Made by a program: the position numbers and the translations under genes. A DNA stretch of 64,000 bases from Vicugna vicugna (Eukaryota). The stretch is taken from the NCBI GenBank assembly GCA_013265495.1, contig MU057744.1, positions 310,001-374,000 of the forward strand, written 5' to 3'. The notes beneath the pieces were generated by a model. It had not been told where the DNA came from, did no database searches, and worked only from the letters and a program-made list of their open reading frames with translations. Below are positions 1-14,530 of the stretch, in pieces (the stretch's first letter is position 1; the number at the start of each line of letters is the position of its first letter).

Positions 1-160
1 CACCAGAAAGTGGGAGCTTAACAGTTTGCTGGTTATTAGGAAGCTGGAATGAATTCGTGGAGGAGTGATTTGGGAAGATTTGGTGGGATTTGAAAGTATG
101 TAGAGAAAAGGCACAAATTTATTGATTCACTAATTTTATTAGTTCCTTTCATATAGTTTT

Positions 161-288
161 TTTTTCTTTTGGTGGGGGAAGTAATTAGGTTTACTTATTT
201 ACTTATTCTTAGAGGAGGCACTGGGGATTGAACACAGGACCTCATGCACGCTAAGTATGCATTCTACCACTTGAGCTATACCCTCCCC
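161..288 (-). mobile_element. Vic-1-like camelid tRNA-derived SINE
   Basis: Reverse complement GGGAGGGTATAGCTCAAGTGGTAGA...GTTCAATCCCCAG (A/B boxes); TSD cctttcatatagtttt. Confidence 0.88.
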
Positions 289-489
289 CCTTTCATATAG
301 TTTTATCATAAAAATTGTGGGTTTAAGTCGTTGGTGTTTTAGACAGAAGACACGTCCACAGCCTCTTCAGATATGCCTAAAGCTTTTTGGAGGAGCTACT
401 GAGGATGATGTGAGACAGTTCACTCTGAGGCGGGGAAACACTGGGAGGGTGTAGGACCGTTTGGACACAGGCTTTGATGTTAGGTGCGA

Positions 490-805
490 AGTGCAGGAAA
501 GGACAGTGGGACATGATGCTGAGTGAGGCAGGCCAATCACTAAGAGACAAATACCGTGTGATTCCACTTCCATGAGATATTTAGAGTAGTCAAGTTAATA
601 GAGATTGAAGGTAGAGGCTGGGGAGAGGCACTTACGAGGAGTTGTTTAATGAGGGTAGACTTTGCAGTTTTGTAAGACGATAAAGTTTCGGTGATGGATT
701 GCACACCAATGTGAATGTATCTAATGCCACTGAACTGTGCACATAAAAATGGTTAAGATGATAAATTTTATGGCATGTGTATTTTACCACAATTAGATTT
801 CTTTT
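490..805 (+). mobile_element. Old L1 (L1MB-like) 3' end
   Basis: ...gattccacttccatgagatatttagagtagtcaa...aatgccactgaactgtgcacataaaaatggttaagatgataaattttatg. Confidence 0.75.
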
Positions 806-1959
806 TGATAAAGGACAGCAGATGGATTTGTTTCCAGTTAGGCTCTTCAGTACTTGGGAGTTGTTATGTTTTAAGTGGTAATTTAAAAGCAAATGACATT
901 TTTGCCCTTACATGTTCAAAAGTATTCCCAGATTCTTAGTCTCCCAACATGAACCACCCGTCAGTGAAACCCTCTTCCATTTCCCTACCTCGGAAGCTCT
1001 TTCTCTTCATTTCTGCTGCCCACTTCGATTATCACTTAACCAGGGCATGCTTTCCGCATGGAGCCTTCCTCACTCTTAACCCACCTGGTTGTTGTCAGCA
1101 CTGAATGTGATTTCTTGCGTTACTAATTTTAGATCTTCATTTTTTTGCTGTTAGTTACCTCTGCTAACTAAGCTGTAAGTTCCTTATAAGAGCATGTCTT
1201 CTTCTTCCGTATGTGCTTCATGACGGAAGGGTCAGCGGGTGTCAGGGCTCAGCCTAACATTGTCCTGCCCAGAGCTCCTCATCTCCGTTCGGGGCATTTC
1301 CCGCTGATGTCATGTTTTATACTGGAGAGGTGTCAGCATGAATGGTCTTCAGACCTCCTGCCAGTTATTTTGGTACAATCTTGAACAAATATCAGGAAAG
1401 ATTAAGGAAAATACACTTGGGGAAAAGAATCCATATTGAAGAACTTTTTTCTGATATGAATTCACGAAGTGCTAGTGTTCTCACCTTTTCTGTTGTGCGT
1501 CCGACATCTGTTTGGATCTCTTGGTGGCTGAACAAGGTAGCAGTTGTAACTGAATCTGTACCTGCGGTGGCGCTAGACTCACCAGGATTAAACTTCCCCA
1601 TATCAGCTACTGTTATTCTGAACTTGTGATACTTTTTTTTGATGTGGTATTTTTTCCTTGTTCTAAATACAGAATCTGATATATGATCTTAATGGCTAAC
1701 GTATTTACTAGATGTTGAACACTGCTGCACACTAACTCATTTAATGCTTACGACAGCTCTGTAGGGTCAGCCCTAATCTCATGCACGTTTTACAGATGGG
1801 GAACCTGAGATGTGGGTTAAGTTATCCAGCACCCCGTGGTCAGCATGTGCTGGGAGAGGTGGACTTTCTCTCCAGCAGACTGGCTGCATGGAATGTCCCT
1901 AGAACATTAAATTGGAGCAAATATGACCTAAATTCTTATTTATTTTTCAGGATTTTTTC

Positions 1960-2360
1960 AGTTGCAGGAGAAAGAAAGCCAGCTCAAACTGATGTAAACA
2001 AAAGAAGGAATTTGGCGGTTCATTTAACTGGGCTGGTGAAAGGCTTTGCGCACAGCTGGATCAGCTCTGCTTTCCTCTTTGGCCTTAGTCTCAGACAGGT
2101 TTCTTCCATGTGCTGGCAGGCGTGACCCTCAGCTGCTCCAGGTTTAAGTGGTCCTTTTGTCTTCAGGTTTTGGGAAAGAGAAAGATGAATCCTCCCTTCA
2201 GGGGTCCTTCCTGTTGACTGAGAACAAGTACTGCCAGCTGTTTCTCCAGTCAGGATGGGTTAATTTGGGATCAGCAGAGAACTGGGCTTTGGGGTCTGCG
2301 GTGCTGGTGGGCCGCAGGGAAGGAGAGCGCTCTGACAGCGAGAAAGGGAAATTGGGAGGC
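1960..2360. mobile_element. MaLR LTR (MLT1J/K-like)
   Basis: gttgcaggagaaagaaagccagctcaaactgatgtaaacaaaagaaggaattt... resembles recalled MLT1J/K ends. Confidence 0.55.
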
Positions 2361-2934
2361 TAGATGAACAGTGTCCGTGGTTTTCCCTTGGCTGCAGCCA
2401 TAAAGGGAAAGGAGTCTTTCTTCTTCCTGCTGGGCTCCGCTGTGGTCACAGGGTGTGAGACTCCCCTCTTCTGGTCCCTTGACTCGGTTTAATTGAAGTT
2501 TGTGTTTATTAATTTTTTATGATGTTATTTCCTAAAAGATTGGCTCTGCTTGGGTTAGGATCTCCACAAGGAAATGGAGGTGAAGAGTCATCACATTGGC
2601 CGCCCTGGACACATGTCCTCTGCTGTAGTGGGGGAGGGACAGCCCACTGGGCAAAGAAAGTGCACTTCCCAGAAGGGGAGAGGATGTGGGGCTCCCGCTC
2701 TTGGTTCGCATGCCTTTCCCTAGTTAAGATTCTTGCACTCCAAAAAATTACAGTAATTTTTAGAGAACGTGTTAAAATTTTAAATGAATATTGTACAATT
2801 AGGATAAGGAAAATGAAAGCACTTTGTCAAGTGCTGTCATTTACGGTCAACAGTATGCTTTGTTGTTGACCCTGGAGTCTCACCACTGAGTTCCTCTCGT
2901 GTCCTCCGGCCTTCTTAATTGATTCTTTATCTAG

Positions 2935-3355
2935 GATAAAGACCCTTTTAGCAGTCTGATGAGGCCAGTGAACTCCTCCTTAGAAGGTTTTTAAATACAG
3001 AAAAACATGGTATTTCAAATGAAACCCTTTATGTGAAATAAAGTTATCAAATTACTTTAAACATTGTAATATAATAGTATGTGTGTTTCAGTATCAATAT
3101 ATTAAATAACAAAATCCAGCGGCAGGTCTAATTACTGTAATTTTGAAGTGGTGATGGATGTAAAGTTCATTTCAAGATGTCTGTAACAGCTATAATATGC
3201 TATAAAATACTTGTGATCACAGCTGCTGCTAATCCATCTGATTTTTTCGCCTATTTTTATAATTTAGGGAAGTGCTAAATTTCAGTTAGAGCTTAGTGAA
3301 AATCTTCAGGTAGAAGATACGTTGAGAGTCCATAGACCGCGGGTAAAGAACACCT
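2935..3355. mobile_element. hAT-Charlie DNA transposon remnant (Charlie4/MER119-like)
   Basis: gacccttttagcagtctgatgaggcc...taacaaaatccagcggcaggtctaattact...; a related copy lies at ~44480-44880. Confidence 0.6.
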
Positions 3356-3804
3356 TGCTTAGGCTCTGTGTGGGTGATCAGCCTAGTCCTCCAACTTCCT
3401 GGTGAGGCTGAGGTCCCACTTTGCTCTTGCTAGTCATCCCTGGTCCCCTGTCTGATGACTTCTGTTACGTTTCTTCGACCAGTGTTCCTTGGTGCAGCCT
3501 TTGAGTTTCTGAGAACGTCCGCTTGGACTGCCTGCTACAGAGCTCTCCCCACTTTTGGGGAGAGTCATCTCTGTCTTCTTGAATGCACTGATGCCAGGTA
3601 TTAACCTTGACCTTCCTCCAGCCTGAATTTCTGGTGGTCATGGCTTAACCGCTGAGACACATTCCCTCCCATCTTTCATTCCTAGTAAACGTATGTAGTA
3701 ACTCAGATCTTGGCCCAGCTCCTCCTTTCCTGTCTTCCCAGATAATGGTCAGCTTCATTCTAAAGTATTGTGCCTCTCAGGAATTGGGGAAAATAGTAGA
3801 ATCT

Positions 3805-4150
3805 GAAGGAAAAAAAAAAGACACAAATGAACTTATTTACAAAACAGGAACAGACGCACAGATGTAGAAAGCAAATTTATGGTTACCAGAGGGGAAGAAG
3901 GGAGGTGGGAAGGGATAAATTAGGAGTATGAGATTTGCAGATACTAACTACTGTATATAAAGCAGATAAACAACAAGTTTACACTGTACAGCACAGGGAA
4001 CTATGTTCAATATCGTGTAATAACCTGTAATGAAAAAGAATATGAAAAGGGACATACGTATGTATATGAATGAATGAAACATTATGCTGTGCACCAGAAA
4101 TTGACACAACATTGTAAACTGACTACAATTAGAAAAGAAAGAAAGAAAAC
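3805..4150 (+). mobile_element. 5'-truncated lineage L1 3' end
   Basis: acaaatgaacttatttacaaaacaggaacagac...agcacagggaactatgttcaatatc...attgtaaactgactac plus A-rich tail; same family as the large L1. Confidence 0.85.
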
Positions 4151-5071
4151 ATGATTGAGGAGAATGGATGCTAAAATTTTATGAAGAGGGAAAATTTGCT
4201 TGTGAACCATTGAACTGCATGCTGTTGAGAAGAAAGAGTGTGACATATAACCAAAGCAGTGGAGGAAGCAGCCAGCAATTTTGATTTAGGAAGAGATATT
4301 ATAGCAAAAGCACAGTAACTGATCTTGTGGTCTCAAGTGCCCATTCTAGAAAGATACATGCAATGCTGTGAATATCACTGAAATTTGCTGGGACAGTGGA
4401 CTCATTATCTGAATGAAAATACATATCTTTGTTCTAAACAATCCAGTGTAGAACTTGGGAGACAAATACTGTGTATCAGGAAGATCTGTGTCCTTGTTTG
4501 GGGCCAAGAGTATTGGCATTAGAGTGGAAAGCATAAAGGACAAGGAACAAGAAGTGGGAGGACCCTCAGATGATGCTATACATCATTCGGGAAGGAGGAG
4601 AATAAGGTGGTTGCTCCCCTAACACAGATTATAAAAGTGGCACAAAAGTAGGTTAGTGTTGTGATGGAAGATGTCAGCTATCTGAAATTCTACTAGAGGC
4701 CCATTCCTTTCTAGGGACAAGACCTGATTCTGTTTTTTTTGTTGTTGTTGTTGTTGTTTTAACCATTTAAGTTCCTTGGAAGAAACAAAAGGAGAGGAAA
4801 GATTCCTTTGGTTTGAAATCTCATTAATAGGAAGGAGGAAACAGGTAAAGGAGAAGACCCTGAAATATTGTGGGAGAAGAAACTGCAATTTTTGAGAGTC
4901 TTCCCAAACAAACAAAATGTTGTGTGTAATCAAACTGCTTCCTTGGGTATTAGGAAGGTATGTTTTGAAAAATGGAGAATAACCATACTCTTTAAGATTC
5001 AGTGTCCCAGTTACAACTGAATCTAATCGAAGTTCTATAAAACCTAAACTTTGGGGAATTACATTTTAGAT

Positions 5072-5580
5072 TTTTTTTAACCGTAGTAAAATACAGATAA
5101 TATAAAACTTACCATCTTAGCCATTTTTAAATGTGCAGTTTTGTAGTGTTAAGTATATTCGTATTACTGCTTAACCATCGGCGTCATCTGTCTCCAGGAC
5201 TCCCTTCATTTTGCAAAACTGAAAATGTTGCCGTTAAACAAATCCTGACTCCCCCTCCCCCAGGCAGACCACCGTCCTGCTTTCTCTGCTAAGTTGACTC
5301 CTCCAGGGACCTCTCTTAAGTAGAATCATACAATATTTGGTCTTTTGTGGCTGGCTGATTTCACTTAGCGTAATGTTTTCGAGATTCATTCCTGTATGAT
5401 GTGGCAGAATTTCCTTCATTTTTAAGGCTGAATAATCCATGGTATGGATAGACCACATTTTGTTTATCCGTTCATCCATCAATGGACATTGGAGTTGTTT
5501 CCGCCCCTTGGCTGTTGTGAATAATACTGCTGTGAACATGAGTGCAAATACCTGCTTGAGTCCCTCCTTTTAATTCTTTT
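5072..5580 (-). mobile_element. L1MB-like 3' end
   Basis: taaaacttaccatcttagccatttttaaatgtgcag...atttcacttagcgtaatg...atccatcaatggacatt. Confidence 0.8.
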
Positions 5581-6540
5581 CAGAATGTTTTATTTGGGGA
5601 ATTATGTAGTTATCTCATCATTAAGACCATATAGGAAACAGTTTAGATTTAAAAACTAAGAAATAAACAAATAAACCCATGGGAAATGGACAAAAGATTG
5701 TGAACTGGTGGATCACAGAAAAGGATATCCAAATGAATGGATCAATAGATGCTCAGCTTCCCTCGTGAAAGGAAAGGCAAATAAAATATGTATTTAATGT
5801 ATCAGACTGATAGGTAACCAAAAGTTTGTTAATATTCTGTGAAGGGTGAAGTTGTGATGAAACGGGGGCTTAGACACTGCTAAAGTGATTGTAAATTGGT
5901 ACAGCCACCAAAAAGGGACGTTTGTCATTACTTCTCAAAATAAAAATGCACATACCCTTTGACTTAGCAATGCCCATTTTGAGAATGTTTCCTACAGATA
6001 TTTTTGCACAAGTTTGAAAGATAAATGTGCAGGGTTAATCCTTGCAGTATTTTTTGCAGTAACAGAAACTTGGGAGTAACCTAAATGTCCATCAGTTTGG
6101 GGACTAGTTAAATAAATTGTTATATCTATACAAATACTGTGCAGCCATAAAAAATCTGAAAGCTCCTGACATGGCTGTGGATAAATCTCTAGGACCTACT
6201 ATTGAATGAAAGTGTAAAGAATAGAAGCACATATACAGTATGCAATCATTTGTGTAAAGAAAGAAAAAAAGCATATATTTGCTTATATCTGCATGAAGTA
6301 TGTATGGAAATACACTTAAGATACTAGTGAGGCTGTTGCCAGCGGGAGGGACAATGACCTGCAGGAGTGGAAGGGGAACTTTCAGTGTATTCCTTTTTGT
6401 AATTTTAAGTGTCATCTGTTCCAAAATTAGGTGGAAAAGATATGCATAGAAAAACACAAAGGGATTACTAAAATGGAAAAAGAGTCTTAAACCAGTGACT
6501 TTTAGACCCTTGAAAAGACCTCTTAAGAAAAGTATCACTC

Positions 6541-6652
6541 GGGGGAGGGTATACCTCAAGACGGAGAGCACGTGCTTCGCGCGCACAGGCTCCTGGGCTG
6601 AATCCCTGGTACCTCCTCTAAAAATGAATAAAATGAATAAATTACCCCCCCC
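6541..6652 (+). mobile_element. Vic-1-like SINE (diverged)
   Basis: gggggagggtatacctcaag...tacctcctctaaaaatgaataaa...ttacccccccc. Confidence 0.8.
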
Positions 6653-6823
6653 AAATATCAGTAATGTTGAACCTCAAAATCAACTTATGAAAATATGTGA
6701 AGACAAGAAAAAAGCTTTTAGGGTTGATTTAGACTAGAAAGTAGTATAAGAATACACTGGGTAGAGTAATATATTTCTTTTAACTTTAAATCCTCAACAT
6801 TTTTAAATGTAAAAAAAGAACAT

Positions 6824-7510
6824 AGGAGCCCTCCTTATGTGTGGGGGATACATTCCAAGACCCCCAGGGGGATCCCTAAAACTGCAGATAGTACCGAGCC
6901 CTAATTATACTCCATTTTTCCTAAAACGTATAAATTAAATTTATAAATTATAAAATGAAATACAAATATAAATTAAAATATAAATTTATAAATTATAAAA
7001 TATATAATTCATAAATTTTAATTTGTAGATTAGATACAGTAAGAGATTAATAGCAATAATAATAAAATAGAACAATTATAGTCATATAAAAATAATAAAA
7101 ATTATGTGAATGTGGTTTCTCTCAAAATATTTTATTGTACAAATTTAATGCCTTTTCTGCTTAAGCCCTGATCATGCACATGGCCATAACTTTTGCAGTT
7201 CGAGGTATGACAGCTTAAATTTCTTTTTCCTTCTTCACAAATTCATGGATAGGTTTGTTCTTAATGTAGATCTTAGCGACTTCAGCATGTGATTAGTTTT
7301 TTTTCCTTATTACGTGGAGCTCTGTCACCTTTTCATTTACAGGAAGCACGTTGTGGCTACTTTCTGGCATCCGAACTGCCAGCGTCGTTGCGCTCGTGCT
7401 TTGGGGCCCTACTGAAGTGAAATGTGGGGTTACTGGAACACAAGGACTGTGATACCTGGACAGTTGATCTGATGACCCAGACAGCTACTGAGTGACTGGC
7501 GGGCAAGCCG
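6824..7510. mobile_element. Tigger/MER44-like DNA transposon
   Basis: gggggatacattccaagacccccag...gatagtaccgagcc...gtaagagattaatagcaataataataaaatagaacaattata. Confidence 0.75.
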
Positions 7511-7849
7511 GGAATTTAATGAGAACAGTGCGTTATTCCTCCCGCTTTTCAAAATCATTCTCCTTTTCCTCCTCATTGTTATTAATAGAAAAAAATAACA
7601 ATTACTTGTTCCAAAAACTCAACAACTCAGAGGTGTCTAAGCTAATAAGTAAAAGTATTCCGTCCCTTACCCCTTCCCTCCTCTGCCTGATTAAGAGTGT
7701 ATCATCCCTGGGCTGACATTGTATTTTGATTTCAGTGAGACATTTGATTGATAAAGTTCATGACACTCTTGAATGTGAGTTGGATAATAGAAAGACTTGT
7801 AACTATAAAGTTTTACCCGTGGGTTTCTGTCTTTGGTCAGTGTCTTACA

Positions 7850-8010
7850 TTTTTTTTTTTTTGGTGTTTTTTTGTTTTGTTTTGTTTTTGTTTTTTTTGA
7901 TGGGAGAGGTAATTAGGTTTATTTACCCTTAGAGGAGGTACTGGGGATTGAACCCAGGACCTCGTGCATGCTAATCATGCACTCTATCACTTGAGCTATA
8001 CCTTCCCCCC
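7850..8010 (-). mobile_element. Vic-1-like SINE
   Basis: gaggtaattaggttt...ggggattgaacccaggacctcgtgcatgc...gagctataccttccccc with T-rich tail. Confidence 0.88.
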
Positions 8011-8789
8011 TTATATTCTTTTTTTGTCTTTGTTTTTATAAAAATTGCCCAGGACAATGCTGGGAGAGATGGTTAATATGTTGGATTGTTGACTCTTTAA
8101 TATAGATAAATGTAAAGTCCTACATTTACAATAATATTATCATTTATTAACTTCCACCTCAAAAATTAGTTATTCAAGTACAGGATAGAGAAGACCTGAT
8201 GGAAAGCTCTGGATGAGAACTCCTAAGACTTTGTAGAAATACGTAAACAAGTAGGTTTTCTCTTGGTGCCAGTGCCAATAATTAACTTTTTTTTTTGATA
8301 GACAATTTGGCCATGGCTTTCCAGAATCTTAAACATATTTATTTTGAATAATTGTCTCAAGAATTTGTCCCAAGGAAATACTTCAAAGGATACCAATAAT
8401 TTAAAAATGAAAGATGTTTTTAGCTGTTTTCTTTAGGATAGTAAACAATGAAAACATATAACAGTAGAGAAGTGATTAAGTAAATTGTGGTATCTACATG
8501 TCAAGATTAAAGTGATTAATATGATGACCTTGTGGCTCTATAGAAAAATGTTTACAGAATGTTAAAATAAGTAGAATAGAAATTATGTGTCTTTGTATTA
8601 TATTAAAAATTCTATTTACATGTTGATGAAAATTGAGAGGGCATTTAAAACTATTGTAAACTGTTTTTTAGGGTAATGTAATTATAGTGAAATTTTAACA
8701 TTTCAGTTTTATGGTCAGAAAGTGATGGTAACTCAAAAATGGCTATAGAGTTTATTTCATTGTGGTCTTAATAGCAAGCAACAATCGTT

Positions 8790-9790
8790 CCCATGAGAAG
8801 GGGGAAAGTGAATGTAATATTAGGCTACCTTATTAGATGAGTGATTTTCAGACCATTGAACCCACACACAGGTCAAGTCACATTTGGAATGTGGTTTTCA
8901 GTTTTAGGTGTTGTATTTTAAGAAAAGAATCGGTAAATGAATTGTGAAGGAGAACTTGGAATTCACATGAGGATGGTTTATCAAGGAAAAGAGTTTTAGG
9001 AGATGGGGACAGGAAGAGGAGAGAGGAGAAACAGTAACATAATGGTGGCCTTCAAATGTGTCAGTGTCAGCTGGGAAGGGGAGTAGTTTGATTCTCTGTA
9101 GCTGAAGAGGGCAGCGCTAAAGTCAGTGGGTAGAAATGATCGGGTGGCATGTTTCATCTCTTTAAAGAACTGTTATCTAACTGGTGGGGTCACCTGAAAA
9201 TTAAGTGGGCCATCTTCGTTCGTTAGTGAGCCTGTATACTTAAAGTAAAAGGCTTGGCTGGCCCCCAGAAGAACCTAACCAAGACCCAGTGCAGGCAACT
9301 AGGGAAAGTCTAACCAACTGGGCGCGCTGGCTTCAGACAGTCTGACTGGACACTGACACGGGGGAGGGCTTGGGTTGGGGTGATCGAGGCGGGGGTGTTA
9401 GCAACAGACCATGGAGGTCTAGGGTGCACCCATCACAGACGTCAAGTGGGTCTAATGACGGGGAGTTACTGGGTGACCAGCCAGAGGGAAAGGGAACCAA
9501 GGCCTCGGTCTCCAGAACCTCCCAGAAGATCACAGTATCAAAAAACAATTATTAGAAGAATCAAGAGACTAGACAGGGTCATCAGAAGTAGTGACATGAC
9601 ACGCAGCCAATAATTACTGACCTTAGACCCCGTGTAGCTAATGGTCTCAGGTCCTGTGGGCACGACTTACAGGTGGGCGTGGGAATTGTTACTAAAGATG
9701 GAAGGGGACCAAGCACGTGAAGGAATTTGGTAATCTATGAACTGCTTGTGTGCGTTCAAGGAAAGTGAGGATGGCTCCCTGATGTCTTCT
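8790..9790 (+). mobile_element. L3/CR1 LINE 3' remnant interrupted by a ~500-bp insertion
   Basis: tcacatttggaatgtggttttcagttttagg...ggccttcaaatgtg...gttagtgagc, resuming at ...gcgttcaaggaaagtgaggatggc. Confidence 0.5.
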
Positions 9791-12001
9791 CTCCACACTT
9801 TGCTGTTACGCCACTTGGTTTCTCACCAGTTGACCACTGCCCCGTCCTCCTCACCAGGCCGTTGTCACTCTTAGCCTCTGTGAGGCGGGGCCCTTAGGCT
9901 GAGCCCCAGCCAGAGCTGCAGCCTGACTGTGGGGCTGGTTGTGGGTTTCTGGGTTTGGAAACCCCCCTGAACTCCAGTTCATGGAAGCAAGACTCGGCCT
10001 CCTGCTCTAACGTCTCGTGGGAGCAGAGTTCGGCAGCGATCTTACTAGTTCTCTCCTTGGGGACTAGAACTTCGCATCTGAACACAGGCTTGTGAGTAGG
10101 GCCCTACCTGTAGACCAGATGTCTCAGCTGCTGACCATGTGTGTCTGAGCTTCCTCCACAGGAACATGGCTTCCCCACACCTGTCCTCCCTTCTTGTTCA
10201 TTCTGTCCTCCAGGTACCAGAACTGTCTTGACTTTTCCCACCAAGCTGAGGTTCTGGGATGCTTTCCCTTTTGCTTTTCAACCCTACCAGGCAAGTTTAG
10301 ATCTAGATTTTGTCCCCTTCCTGACTGCCCTATCCTCCCATATTTAAACCGTCAAAATTCAGCCCCATTTTGAAATAGGGGTCTTCTCATAAGAATTGGG
10401 GAAAATTTTTTTGGAAAAAAGTTTTTATGAGAAAGTAGAGAAAATGACTGAGAAAAACCAATACTGAAATTTGATAAGAGATGGCAGCGCTCAGATTATT
10501 CTGTTTTATGGGGAGAGCAGGTCAGATGTGACACAGACAACTACAGTAATAGAGGAAATGTCTACTGTTTCTTTAAAAAGCATAACATAAAGGCAGAGAA
10601 GTAATAATGTTAGAGACCTCAGCTATCCAGTTAAGGTTTATGAGTAATGAAAAATGTGTTTTGAATCCCAAAAAAGTGCGATTAGCGGTGTATGTTTTTC
10701 TTATATTGTGCACCTATTATATGATAATATTATTAAAATAGCAAAGTATTTTTTCAGTAGTCCTGTAACTTGTGGTCTTTTCAGAATCCTTGCACGGCAA
10801 CATTGCTAACTTTTTAGCAACTAAGTTTCATTTAGACGAAGATGAGGGTCTAGTTGAAAACCGTATTTGTGTCAGCAGAAGGAACACAAAGTTTTTAAGC
10901 TCTAGGCTCACACGGTCCGATACGGTTGCTCCATTATTCCTACTGCAGTCGATGCCGACACCAGGAATCTAGTTTTCTCTTACCCTTTCTGGCTTTCCCT
11001 CCTCTGACCCTTTAGGGATTTCTTCCCTCTCCCGTTTAAGTACTTTATTTCCCCGTGGTTCTGTCACTGATCCTCCTTCTTTCCATCTAATCCACTTTCC
11101 ATTTCATCCACTGTCATTGGCATCAGTTATAAATTGTGCTGATAACTCCCAAATACACATTTCTAGTGAAAACATGTCTTCTGAACTGGAGACCCCATCC
11201 ATCATGACGTTCTATGGACACCTCCAACGAACTCTTTCCTCCCAAACTTGAGCCTCCTGTTGTATTACCTGCTTTGGTGTCTGGCACCACCATCTACCCT
11301 AGACAAAACATTGAGTCTTCCCAGTCCTCGATTTTACCATTTCTATCCATTTAATCACCGGACCCTGTTCCAGCTCTTAACTTTCCCTGAAATGCACACC
11401 CTTCTCTCAGCTCTGATGGCCGCTGGACTGTAAGCTTCTGAGACAGGAGTCACACGCGCGCGGTCAGCTGTGATGCCCCGTCCAGCACAGTAGCTCGCAT
11501 GTCGTCAGCACTTACCATGTGTTGGATGGATGGGTGGAGGCCAGCGCCTTGGCCTAGGCTCTCATTGTTTCCACCTGCTTTCCAGCAGTGTTTCCCTCAC
11601 TGGCTACTCTGCCTTTTACTTTCTTTTGGTGTGTTGTTTACACTCCCGGTGGTGGGATACATCTAAAATACAGCTTTAAAAACTTTGTAAATAAATAATG
11701 TGTATTTCTAAAAGATAAAGGCTTTTCAAGAGTCATAAGCCCTATACCATTGTCACAGCTAAAAAGTTAACAATTATTCTTCCCTTTTTTCCAAAACAGA
11801 TTATTTGTTAGCCTTTTTGAAAGGTTATTCTTTAAATATCACCAGCTATCTAGTCAGCGTTCAAATGTTCAACTTTCTCATAATTTATTTTAAAAAGTAT
11901 TTACAGTTTAAAAAAATTTTTAGGTTCCAAATAAAGTCTGTACATTGAAGTTGATTGCTATCTCTCTTAAATTTCTTTGATTTCAAAAAATTTTATAATT
12001 A

Positions 12002-12124
12002 TTTTTAGGGGGGAGGTAATTAGGTTTATCTATTTAGTTTTTCATGGAGGGACTGGGGATTGAACCCAGGTCCTCGTGCATGCTAAGCACATGTGCTCTA
12101 CCACTGAGCTATATACCCACCCCA
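12002..12124 (-). mobile_element. Vic-1-like SINE
   Basis: Same consensus as the other copies. Confidence 0.87.
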
Positions 12125-12538
12125 CTTCTCTTAAATTTCTCTTAATCTCCTTGTGTTTCCCCGTCTCTTTTTTTTCATTTGTTGAAGGATCCCACTTGTT
12201 GCAGCAGGAATTCTGTCTCGTTTTCATTCCTAGAGAGATGGTACATTTCTCCTAGGCTCCTTTTAAGAGCTTCTCTTAATTTTTAGGGGTCTGAGCTTTT
12301 TCATTATCTGTGCTCCTTCCTGTGTCTGTGGGTCTGTGTGTTTCTCCTTCCTGGGGGGAGAACAGTGCCCATGTCACCTGTTTCCTTTCCCTGTTCTCTG
12401 GCTCCTTTATCCCCATCATCTCCTATTTTCCTCTCCTTCCCACCCCTTTCAGTAAATGATAGAATACACAGCCGTGTGATGTGAGCTTACTGGAGTTAAG
12501 CAAGATTTTAAAAACTGCATTAGATTATCAAAATGTAG

Positions 12539-13138
<600 letters not shown>

Positions 13139-13349
13139 TGAACAATAACCAAAAATACTGAATTCCCATAAACCTAAGCTCAAGAATGGAGTGATTTTTT
13201 TGGAAATTTCCCTTGTCGTTAATCCATGTGTATATGTATTTAATGTAGTTTAAATTGCTATACATACAATTTTGTGTTACCTTTTTTCACTTATGATTTG
13301 TTATGTATTTATCTGTGTTGCTATAACATTATTTTACATGTATTTCTTC

Positions 13350-14530
13350 TTTATTGAGATACAGTTTACATATATTAGTTTTGGATATGCGTAATGATTC
13401 AGTATTTACATATTTTGCAAACTGATCACCACAGTAAGTCGACTTAACATCCCTCACCACACAGTTACACATTTTTTCTCATGATGAGGATTTTAAGATC
13501 TGCTGTCTTAGTCATTTTCAAATATACAATACGCTGTTACTGACTGCAGTCACCACACTGTATGCTGCACCCCCAGGACTTAGTTATTTCATAACTGGAG
13601 GCTTGTTGTCTTTTCATCCCTTTCACTCGTTTTAGCCTCCCTGCATCCTCCACCTCTGGCACCACCCACCTCATCTGTTCTCTGTATCTATATGTTCTTT
13701 CTTTCCTTCCTTCCTTCCTTTTTTTTTTTTTACATTCCACATGGAAGTGAGATCATAGGTATTTGTCCTTCTCTGTCTGCCTTATTTCATTCAGCATAAT
13801 GCTCTCAGAGTCCATCCATGTTGTCTCAAGTGGCAAGATTTCCTTCCTTTTTGGCTGAATGATATTCCATTATGTGTGTGTGTGTATACACACACTATAT
13901 ATACACACACTACACACACACATGCACACACACACTACATCTTGTTCATCTCTTCATCCATCAGTGGGCACTTAGGTTGCTTCCATGTCTTGGCTACTGT
14001 GAATAATGCTGCAATAAACGTGGGGGTGTGGATACCTTTTTGAGCAGTGTTTTTGTTTCCTTGGATAAGTACTCAGAAGTGTAATTCTGGGCCCTGTGGT
14101 ACTTCTATTTTAATTTTCTGAGGAACCCCTGTGCTGTTTTCCTTAGTGGCTGCACCAGTTGACATTCCCACCAACAGTGCCCGGGGTTTCTCTTGTCTCC
14201 TTAGCCTTGCCGTCACCTGTTATCTCTGTTTTCTTGAGAACAGCGTTGCTGCCAGGTGTGAGGTGATAGCTCACTGTGCTTTTGATTTACGTTTACCTGG
14301 GGATTATTGATATGGGGCGTCTTTTCATGCACCCATTGGCCGTCTGTCTGACTTTGGAAAAATGTCTATTCAGAGACTCTGCCCAGTTTTAAATCAGATT
14401 GTTTGTTTCTTTGCTGCTGAGTTGTATGAATTTTTTAATGTATTTTGGATATTAATCCCTTATCAGATGCAGGATTTGCAAATACCTTCGCCCATCCGGT
14501 AGGCTGCCTTTTCATTTTGTTGATGATTTT
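13350..14530 (-). mobile_element. L1MA9-like 3' portion
   Basis: tttattgagatacag...gatctgctgtcttagtcattttcaaatatacaatac...gatttgcaaataccttcgcccatcc. Confidence 0.82.

Noticed and set aside
6925..7100. AT-rich repeat array (CRISPR-like or origin-like)
   Set aside because: Low-complexity expansion inside a Tigger/MER44 remnant in mammalian DNA; no repeat-spacer structure.
9380..9613. Bornavirus P-like or other viral peptide
   Set aside because: Only a chance 3-4 residue resemblance; no sustained similarity that I can support.
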